Source: the human T2T-CHM13v2.0 reference genome, Homo sapiens
Reading direction: 5' to 3' (one strand)
NCBI RefSeq assembly: GCF_009914755.1
Contig: NC_060939.1
DNA length: 64,000 bases
Shown here: piece after piece, positions 13,332 through 25,779 of the stretch
Layout: the number at the start of each line of letters is the position of its first letter
Numbering within the stretch: the first letter of the stretch is position 1
Program-made: the position numbers and the translations under genes
The notes under the pieces: generated by a model
The model's database searches: none
What the model was told of the DNA's origin: nothing
Seen by the model: only the letters and a program-made list of their open reading frames with translations

Positions 13332-14608
13332 TTGGGGATTCAAACTGAATTCTGGTTAAATTTTATAAAAATATCCTGTTGCTCTTGTACCTGACCCTTC
13401 TGGAAGAAAAATCTGGATACAAGTAAGGCACAATTGGAAAAAAGGTGAAGTTACAGCTACTGCAATGGAACACACTGCTTTTGGGTTAGTGGCAGGAAAG
13501 CAACACCCCAGCACCTGGGAAGGGGTGGACACTTTAGATCTCAGGAGCCTTTCTCACAATGGAAGATGCCCTGGTGCAGCTCTCCCAAACTGTTGCAAGG
13601 GCCTTAAATTTAATAGACTGCTGGGTTGATCATCCTCCACCAGACGGCTCTAACCATTATCTGATTGCCATTTCCCTTAACCTTACTGAAAAACTAAGAA
13701 GTTTTAGGACATAGCATGAGATAGCCCAGCTCCTGCACCTCCCATGCAAAACACCTGTCAGCACTTACGGATGTCTGCCCGCCCCACACGCATTGTTCGT
13801 TGGACGCCTTAGAAGGCGGGGCGGGGTGGGGCATGCATCATTCCGTGGAGTGCTGAATGGTACCCGACTGGTGGTGTAGACAAACAGGACAGATTGGACC
13901 GACTGCCCTTAGGCAGTCTCTTCAAAGACACATAATTTGTTACACAGGTAAGAGATAACTCTTGCACCATCAGGCCTCTTGTTTTATGCTCACAGTAATG
14001 CTTCAGTTTCTGTGGGATAGTGCCTGCTTTGCAGGGGAGAAGCGAAAGATCAGAGAAGTCAAGCCATTGCTTAAGGTCACACGGCCAAGTGTTGGCACTG
14101 GGTTGTGACCAGGTCTGCCTGACTTCAGTTCCAGTGCTCCCTAAATTCAGCCTCAGTAGTTTTTTCCCTCATACAAAGGGCTGGGATTCTTTCATGTGCC
14201 CCACAGACCCTGGCCTGTGGCATTTCATGTCTCTTGGTTCTTGATACCACCAGATCTAAGCCCTGAGAGGCTTAGAAGGCTGGGGGCATGGAGCAGCCAG
14301 TGGGCTCCCTAGTGCCCCCTGCTCACAGGGGAATCTCCATTGCCTCATCTGTGAAATGGGTCTAAGACATGGTTAGGTCTTGTGGTGAGGACAAAATGAG
14401 CTCAGGAGCAGGAAAGTGCTTTGGAAAATGGGAGGTACCGATGTGGACAGTGATGTGGTCTGAGACATGGCCCAGGAGAGAATGAAAGGCTTGCCAGAGG
14501 GCCTGGGATGGACAGAGCAGAGTGGAAAGGGCTAATCAGAGTATGGGCTGGGGTTTTCTCATGAGCTGCCTTCTTGTGCCTGAAATCCCAGATATGGCTT
14601 TGAGTTAA

Positions 14609-15235
<627 letters not shown>

Positions 15236-16644
15236 TAGACTCCCCTTTTAAAGTACTCCCCCTCTTTAGAACAGTGGTATTATACTTTACATATAACATA
15301 ACAGGAGCCCATGCACATGGAACCTTATATACATTCTCTAATGGGATACTTACCACTGGGTACTCACACTAACCCCTTTGTCCTATTGTGCAGATAGAGA
15401 AAAATGAGGATGGCAGGATCTCAGTAATTTAAGTTCTCATGAGAAATAAGAGACAGAGTCAGGGTTTGGACTGAGATCTTTCTTGCTACAGAGACTAGTT
15501 GTTTTGGGGCTCCTCAGCTTTTCTAGCCCCCTAACTCTCACCCCGAGAGAAGCCAAGCACACTGAGGCTGGGGCCGGGGCAGAGCAGACCCAGAATCCTC
15601 CCCCATGGTAGGATCCCAAAGTGACTAAATGCCAGGTGTCCACATGTTCACCTTCTTCCAGGCGGGAAGAGGCAGCCCCAGACCACCATGGCTCTGAGTA
15701 CATGATCATCTCTCTGTGACATCACCATAGCTGTCTCATCCTGTGTCCCTCCGCTTATCCCAGGAGTGACTTTTGTTCTTCTTTCTGTGATGCAGCCAGA
15801 TGGATCTTTCTAAAATGCAGCCTTGGCCAAGTCAATGCTCGTGCAAAGCCTTCCATAGCTGCCCGTCCAAGCCCGAGCTCTTCCCGGGGAATAGAAGGCC
15901 CTTCCTAGTCTGCAGCTTCTCACCCTCCCTAGGCTGAGCTGTCATGCCTTCCTGGCTGGTGACTCCAAGCCCTTGCTTATGCTCTTCCTAGAAGGCCCTT
16001 CACCAACTCCACTGCTGAATTGCGGAACAGAAATTCTTTTCTGTTCATTTAAAATGGTGATTCTTGTGAACATTTAATGTTTTTATTAGGAGATACATGC
16101 ATGTGGACCAAATGGCATATAGTGACAATTGTCTCCTCCCACCCAAGTCCAGCCACTGTGATCCCCTGGAGCTGCCTGTTGGTTGTGTGCCTTGGAGTCT
16201 TTTACTATTTTGGCTTCTCAATGCTCTTGCTTACCTGTCCCTTCCTCAGGGACGCATCCCCTTACGGCTCTCCCTGCACTTGGCACAGGTAAACCCTGAG
16301 TCCTCTCCGAGAGCTCGCACAGCCCCCAGACACCCGTCGTTATTCCAGACTTTGGCACATGCTATTGTGACTGTCTGTTTACAGGCCTACTGTCTCCCTA
16401 GCCTAGGAGCTGCCTGAGAGTGGCAACTGTGTTGTGTTGGGGTCTGTGACCCCAGGAGGAGGCGAGGGCCGTGGCACATGGTGGGCAAATGTAGGTGGTG
16501 CTGGAGGACTGAGGGGTCTTCAGATGGTGACGGCACAGTGCCTGGAGCTGCTGCATTGCACAGAACTCCCCTGGAAAGGGAGCTTTGCTTAAGAAGTGGA
16601 GCTGGGGAAACCCAGGAGATGGTGGAGGGAGGTGGGGAGGGGAG

Positions 16645-17430
16645 CAAATAGCTCCATGTTCACCTCACACTACAGAGCAGAATAAATTCCAGATGGATGA
16701 GACTGCAAAATGTGAAAACAATGAAATCATAAAATAACTAACATAAAATGTTCGTGATTTTGATCTCTGGATGGGAAGGGCTTCTCTAAGCACAGCAGTA
16801 ATGGAAGGAATTATAAAGGAAAAGATGCGTATATTTGAATACTTAAAATTGGAAACTTCTGTACATCAAAACACACCATAAATAGAATTAAAATAAAAAG
16901 AAATATGTAAAGAGCACTTACAAATCAAAAAGAAAAAATGTCTAAAACCCAGAATGAGAAAAAATGGGCAATGGATATAAAAACAAAATCAAAAGGGAAA
17001 ATTTCAGTGGCTAAGTATTTGGAAAAATGCTTAATCTCAGTAGAAAACAAGATTCCATTAAAATAGGGAGATGTTGTTTTTCACTGATCACTTTGGCCAA
17101 AGTATTTTTTTTTTTAAAGTCACGCTCAGTGGGACTGAGATAAAATGAGATGGGCAAAAGGCATGGTCTCCTTCCATGCGGATGAGGCTATAATGGCAGC
17201 TGCTTTCAGGAAATCAGTTTCTCAATCTGGATCAAAAGCCTTAAAAATGTTTGTGCCCTTTGTTCCAGCAATGCTGCCTCGGGGGATCTTTGCTGAGAAA
17301 TATTCATTTTTCTACAACAGAAAAAATTCTGAAGCAGTCTAAATGTCCCATAATAGGAAATTACAGAAATGATGGCACATCTATGTGTCAAAATATTATA
17401 CGGCTTTTAAAAATTATGCTTAATTGTTAA
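16645..17430 (+). mobile_element. Old L1M (L1ME-like) ORF2 3' region, highly degenerate
   Basis: cacctcacactacagagcagaataaattccagatggat...aaaattggaaacttctgtacatcaaaacacaccataaa...aaatgtcccataatagga. Confidence 0.65.
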
Positions 17431-18078
17431 TGGCACTTGCATTTGGGGAATGGTGGGGGGGAGACGCAGATACAACTGGCTTTTTTTCTTTCTACTTTCT
17501 GTTTTTCTGGACTAGTTACCTTACCATACACCCATACACATGTATTATTGTTCTAAAGAAAAGTATCATGTTTTAGAATATTTTTTATTATATAGAAAAA
17601 TTATCATTAAATAATGCTGAATGGAAAAAAAGCAGGTGATAAACATACATATATATAATGTGATACTTCATTTATACATATATACATAGATAATGTAGTA
17701 AGCAATGAATTCAGTCCCCAGCAGAATAAAATGGTATATATATGCATACAAATTTACAATAATGATATTAATGATATAAATGCATGCATATATGAGTATA
17801 AAATAATAACCAGTGACTATATCTGGGTTCTGGAGTTAGGAATGATTTTGGTTTCCTTTTTCTTTTATAGTTTCCCACATTTTTGAAATTTCCTACACAG
17901 ATCATATATCATTTTCATCCTATTAAACTTCATTATGAATTATAATTATAAAAAGTTTCTCCACAATAAATGTTGAACAGAAATAATTTGCCATTAAATC
18001 TCAATTAAACTTCTCTGGCTGCCAGTGCTCTGCTTAATTGAAGTTTGACTCTATTAAAAGACAATAAATAAATCCTCA

Positions 18079-18391
<313 letters not shown>

Positions 18392-18506
18392 TCACATTTG
18401 TATCATTTAATAGTGGACTTCCACACATGACCGCCTCCCTTGATCTCTGTAGCACCCCTGTGAGGTACTGAGATGAAGGGAGATCACACGACATATGGAA
18501 ATAGCA

Positions 18507-18507
<1 letters not shown>

Positions 18508-18551
<44 letters not shown>
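18508..18551. repeat. (CA)n microsatellite, ~22 units
   Basis: Perfect AC repeat. Confidence 0.98.
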
Positions 18552-18555
<4 letters not shown>

Positions 18556-19164
18556 TGTGGCCTTGCGTGAATCACGGTCTTCAAGGGCTTCAGTCTCATA
18601 CAAGCCCCATGGTGCAGCTTTTGATGAACAAGCCGTTGCACAGCTTTCTAACTGGGCCTCCTGGCCTCCCTGTGGTCCAGTGGGCACTGGTGGGATTTGG
18701 CAAGGCAGCAGGGGGGGAGAGGAGCACCCCAGGGTCCTTGTGAGGGGATGGGGGGCATCTCCTCTCTCATTTGGCTTTCAGAGAAGGCTTCCTGCTGCTG
18801 TCCCTGACTAATTTCTCCCCCTCTCTTGCCCCACAAACACGCCCTTCTCAGCCCAACAGTGGGTTTGGCAGTGCGGCAGCATTTCCTTGGAAGAACAAAA
18901 GAGAAGACTGTGTCCTGCAAATGCTTCCAGGGTAGCTGCCTTCGGTTCCTTCAGTCATTGAATTCATGTGTGATTTGTTTCCGGGGGAGAGAGGACACAG
19001 AGCGTTCTCTCAGCCTCAGGGCAGAAACCCCAGCTCACAGACAGACTGAAAAATTCTCGCTAAAGGAGCCAACACGACCAAGATTAAGGGGGAAGCATCA
19101 CACTAGACATGTTGGTCATATACACTGGAGGCTAGCCCACCGAAAAGCATTTAGGAAGCAATAA

Positions 19165-19370
19165 TAATGATGAAATAACAACTATTGTTTATTGAACACC
19201 TTTTATGTGACATCCATTATCTCATTTAATTGTGCCATCATCCCTGTGTTGGGTAATGTTATGCCCATTTTACAGATGATGAAACTGAGACTCAGAAAGG
19301 TAAGATGAGAACCTGTTCCAATACTATGTGAGTATATGGCAGAGTTGGAATTCAAATCCCGGTTATTCTC
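19165..19370 (-). mobile_element. MIR SINE (further MIRs at ~19,450-19,610 and ~19,780-19,890)
   Basis: cccattttacagatgatgaaactgagactcagaaagg core. Confidence 0.75.
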
Positions 19371-21464
19371 CCTCCCAAATTAATGTCCAGAACTTAACCT
19401 AGCATATGGTATTCTCAATGGGGGTTGTTAGAAATAGATGGATTTAATGAGTACCTGTGAGTACCTACTGAATGCCAAGCCCTGGCTAAGGTGCTTTTCA
19501 TGTGGCATCTCATTTAATCTTTAGAATAGCCCTTGTGAGATGCATGCAGTTCTCATTTTACAAATCAGAAAACCGAGGCTCAGAAGTTTGTCCAAGGTTA
19601 CACAGAGCCAAATAACGGCCTTTTAAAGAAAAGCACCCAACAGGAAGAATGAATGAGGAATAACTTGGATGTAGGGATCAGAGTTCCAGAACTCAGAAGG
19701 ATGGGAGGATGGGGTAGATACTGTCTCCACTCACAAGAGGCAGCAGAGGGTTGAGGGGTAACTGATTTTTGGACAAGCCACCGCCCTGGCCTCAATTTCC
19801 TCAGCAGAAAAATGGGGCCACCAATACCTACCATACTGGGTTGTCATGAGGATTAATGAGATGATGCACACGACATGCTTAGAGCAATACCTGCTTTCCC
19901 TTGCCCTGCTGCTCTCTGTCAGTTGCTCAGCACTCTCGGGGGTGGGTCCCGTAAAACCAGCCTGGCATCCCACCCTACCCCCATCCTGATCTAGCACCAG
20001 TGTGTACTAAGAATCTATGGAATGAGGACCAGCGGAGCTTGTGCAACTCACTTATCCTCTCTGGGCCTCAGTCTGGACCACCAGTGTGGCGGGGGGCAGG
20101 GGGATGCTGGATGGGACCATCTCTGGGAGCCTCACCAGACCCAACTAAGCCCCATTCCTGACTTTCTCCTACCCCTGGCTTCTATTACCTTTGCTCTGAG
20201 TCCGAGCACGGGCGGCACACACAGGCTCTGGGGGCTGAAGCAGCTGCCCACTGCCCCAGGAACTGTCCCTGAAGCCTTCTTCAAAGGGATCCCCTCAACA
20301 TACTCTAAGTGACAGATTCAGCCTTCTTTCTCCCACAGCCCCTAGCAGAGGCCCTCCCATTCCAGCAGTGGACAGGAAAGTGACTCAGCCCCCACGGCCC
20401 CCTCCTCAGACTCACACACCCGCAGCCTTGCTTTGGAAAAAGGGTGGTTTTCATTTCTTTCCTTTTTTTCCCCTTCAAGCACTCTTACTTGTTCTGTCCC
20501 TGAGCTGTCTCTCCCACGAGCCTCTGTGGTCTGGGCCAGAGGTCTATGGCCAGCCCTTCTCCGTCCTCTCCTAGTGGAGGGTCCCAACATTGGAGCGGGC
20601 TGTGTGGCCCTACTGTGAGTAGGGGAAGAGGTGGGCCTCTGGAGGCCCCCACTGGCCCCCTATTATATTGGCTTCTATTAAATTGAAACACATAGCACAT
20701 CTATTACACAATAAACCACAGCTATTTCATGGATCAAATTAAGTTTTATTTGGGCAAATTACAACCTTTCCTACAGTTGTGCCTTTGTGAGGCCATTCCT
20801 TTTTAATAAAAGCAAGCATTTCTGGGGCTGGCCCTCCTGGACCAAAGCACCATGGTGGGTTGGGGGCTCAGGCCGGGGCTGGCAATAGGGTGGGGGTGTG
20901 TGTGCGTGTGTGAGAGAGATGGGAATTCTTGGGGCCCCTCTTGGGAATAGATTTGGCCCCCTCCTCCCCCTGCCTCCCCATCCTGAGTTTGCCATGGAAG
21001 TCTGCAGAGAACTTCTCATTAAACAAGAAAAAAGCAGCAGCAGCAGGAAGGCATTTCCCGGAATCTGGGAGGAAGCATGAGTCACCGGCCTGCTAAGTGA
21101 GCCCTGAGTGGCCACTGCGGCCCCAGCCCAGGAGGCCTGGAGTGCGGGGCCAGCGATCAGAGCTGCACCAGGCCAGCCCGCATGGACACGCCCGCTGCCC
21201 AGGCTGACGCAGCCTCCAGGAATGCAAACAAAGCTGGGCGGAGGGGCCTTGAGAGGGCCAGGGCACTGGGCCAGGAAGGAGGCAGAAGCCTGCAGGAGAG
21301 GCCTGTGGAGGGGCTTCGGGCCTCAGACAAGCCCCTCTCTGGTGTCCTTGGAGCCCAGGATACCTGGCTGGTAAGGCTTCTAACTCTGGGTATGACCTGG
21401 CCTAGCGCTGCCAGCTCTGGCCTTCAGGCTCCTTGTGGGGCAGGGACAGGAGTTGCTCCTAGAT

Positions 21465-21651
21465 CAGAGGTTCACAAAGTTGGTCCCTGAACCAGCAGCA
21501 TCAGCAGCACCTGGGAACTTGAGAGAAGTGCAGATCCTTGGCTCCCCACTACAGATCTACTACGTCGGAAACCTTGGGGTGCAGCCCAGTGATCTGTGTT
21601 TAACAAGCCCTCCAGGCAATTCTGATGCATGCTCAAGTTTGAGGACCACTG
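21465..21651. mobile_element. MER5A (hAT-Charlie MITE)
   Basis: cagaggttcacaaagtt...ttaacaagccctccaggcaattctgatgcatgctcaagtttgaggaccactg with terminal inverted repeats. Confidence 0.85.
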
Positions 21652-22139
21652 CATGCAATAATCTGTGGGCCAATATCAAACCCATATCTTCTATAAAGAG
21701 TCATTCAACAAAGTGAGATCTAAGGCTTAAGTAGTGCTCACTGTGTGCCAGGTACTCAGCTGACTGCTTTGTGTATGCTAACTCATTTAATCCTCAAGCC
21801 AACCCATTGAGGTCAGGTTCTATGATCATTTCTCCATTTTACAGGTGATATAAATGCTGTTTTCACCAGAAGCCACAGTTCTGGGATCTCAGAAGTGATG
21901 GATGATCCTAGGCCCAACTCAGAGATTGGCCCATGCTGGCTAACTAGTATGGTAGCTGGCTGGACATTCCCTGGGTAATTTTCTTAAAATGCCCTTCAGA
22001 AGCTGTCCTGCCACCTAAAAGGTGGAGCAGTGGGGAGAACCCTCACTCCAGAACTAGAGAATCAGGCAAGTGGAGTGAGAGAAGCAAGAAGAGGCCTGAA
22101 GGAAGTGAGGCCTGAGAGGGATGCAGGGTCCCATAAAGA

Positions 22140-22303
22140 ACTGTTTCTCCAAATGTGGTGCCTGGACCAGCAGCATCAACAATGCCTGGGAGCCTATTAG
22201 AAATGCAGAATCGTGGACCCTACTCAAGACTTACTGAATCTGAATCTGCATGTTAATAAGATCCCCAGGGATTTGTGAGCACATTCAAGTTCAAGAAGTC
22301 CTG
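22140..22303. mobile_element. MER5-family MITE
   Basis: tttctccaaatgtggtgcctggaccagcagcatc...tactgaatctgaatctgcatgttaataagatcccc. Confidence 0.75.
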
Positions 22304-24368
22304 GATGAGGCACACGGGTAGATCCCTGACCCCTTCCCACTACAGGATAATGGGGATCTGGGATCTGCACCATGCTCAGTCCAGCTCTGTGGGGGCTCTG
22401 GCTCTCTCATTGGCACAAGCATCCCCTCAGTTAACCCTGGAACTTGAGGTCACTGGAGGAGGCCTCCAGTCCTTAAAACCCCACAGCCAAACTAGTACAA
22501 TGAGTGAGATGCTCTCACCCTGCTGAGTCGCCACTTCCCAAGGTGGAGGATCTTCACTTCCTTTGTTTCTTTTCCTAGAATGTGGGCTCTGCGTTCTAAC
22601 CCAGGCTCCGCCACTTACTGACTGTGATCCTGGAAGTTGCTAAACTTCTCTGCACCTTGGTTTTCCTTTTCTGTAATATAGAGGTGACACATTTTCTAGA
22701 TCATAGCTTTTTTTGGTGCATATATCTAAGCAAATATATACATCATGCTTAGAAGAGTGGTTGGCACACACCGCCATTAACATTCGTCACTTGCTATGAG
22801 CCTTCCATCTTTCCCTCTTCTGGGTGGCCCTTGGGCTGGGGTGGGATGAAGGGAAGGTGGTGCTTACCTGTGAGGAGTCAAGGAAAGCAGTGCAAAGGCA
22901 GGGATACTGGACTGGAGGTGACTCCTGTAGGGGGAAGAAGGAAATGTGTTTGTATGACACTGGGGTATGCCAGGCTCAGTGCCAGGCACTTTCTTCCCTT
23001 CCACAGTTACACCAGAATAGTGCTGTTATTTTATAATCCTACAGATGGGGACTGAAGTCCCAGAAGGGCAGTGACCAGGCCAAGGTATTGCAGTTAGTGA
23101 GGGGTGGAGCTAGTGCTTGATGGGTCTGCCTGGCCAGCTTAACCTCAGCCACCCTCATGTGCCCCATGCTTCCTCCTCCACTGCAACCCAACTCAAGCCC
23201 TAGAGGGGGATCCAGAAGGCCAGGGCTGGCAGAGGAACAGGGAGTCTGAGAGCTCTTGGGCATGAAGCTTGTGGCTCCTTCCCTAGGTCCTCGGTTTCCC
23301 CTGGTTGGGCCTCCTTTTTGCAGGACAGCGGGACAGGCCTACTGAATGGACCTATCATGGGTTTGGCTTCTCCTGGCTTTGCTTCCCCTGCACAGTTTTC
23401 TGTCCCCCTGTCCCATGACTGGGAGGCAGGCCTTTGGCAGATATGTTAAAACGCCAGCATGGGGTACTTCTGGTTTCAGCTCTGATGTATAAAGAGTTTG
23501 GAAGTTGTCACACCCATCCTCACACCATGAAATAAGTTGAACAAACTGAAAGTCAACAATGTTTCTTAATTCTCTTCAGAGAATTAAGGTCACAGGGCAA
23601 ACTGCCACTCTGAAATCTGGGGAGATGAGTGAATACAGCCAAGATCAGCTTACTTGAAGCAGAAACCACTGGAGTCAGGAACTGTTGGGAACACTTGAAT
23701 AGTAATTTTGATGAATTTCTGGAAATTAAGAATGAACTTGCTTGAAAATTAAAAACTTCTGGGGGCCTAGTTGTAGGTCTCCCTTCAATACGTAAGTGGG
23801 TTTTACCTCCAGGAACCCCTCCAGACTGACATTGGGAAGATCAGAGAAAAAAAACCCTTGTTCCAGACAAAAAGAGTGGAAAAATAACCATTTGAAATAC
23901 CCCTAGAGCTTTCTCAGTAACAAAGACCAACCCTCCCGAGAAACTACTTTATCAGAGCCTCGTCTGACTTGAGCAATTAGACAACTCAACCCCCTCCATC
24001 CTTCCTGTCTCTCTTACTTAAGGAGAAGGGAAAAAAATAATGGGGCCAAAAAATGCTTCTGAGGGTCACAGCCCAGGGGCTCAGGCCAACTGAAAAAACT
24101 AAGATTTAATAATAAAAGTATAGAGTGCCTCCTCTCCCCAACATTTTATTTCCACCACCACAACAGGTCTTCAGTATAATAACAATGAATTACAAATGTA
24201 ACAGCTGTAAGACACAGACTCTTTAAGAAGGAGTTCTTAGGGAAACCCAAAGTTAACCACGGAGAAAAAACAAACCAAGGAAATTAGAGGAAACCAAAGC
24301 CTTTGGCACCTATAACTATAGCAAACCTTAAACACAGCTCAGCTCTAGTAAGATTAAAATAAAAACTC

Positions 24369-24920
<552 letters not shown>

Positions 24921-25351
24921 AGAAACAAGTGCAGTGAATAGAAAACAATTATAAACACGATACATAATAATCCAACTATATCAATAATCACTTTAAATAC
25001 GAATGCTTTAAATGTACCAATTAAAAATAGGCTGTCAGAGGAATAAAAAAAGCTCTCTGTTGTCTACAAGAAGCCACTTTAACTATAAAGGTGAAAAGTA
25101 AAGAGACAAAATCTAACACTTTTTCATGACAAAACTCCCAAGAAAGTAGGAACAAAGGAGAATTTCCTCAATTTGGTAAAGAATATTTGCAAAACCTTAG
25201 AGCTAACATCACGCTTAATAGTGAGAAATTAGATACTTTCCAGCAAAGGTCAGAAACAAGCCAAAGATGTCCCCTCTCACCAGTCCTATTCAACATCGTA
25301 CTGAAATTTCTAGCTAATGCAATAAGGTAAGAAAAGGAAAGAAAAGGTCTA

Positions 25352-25779
<428 letters not shown>

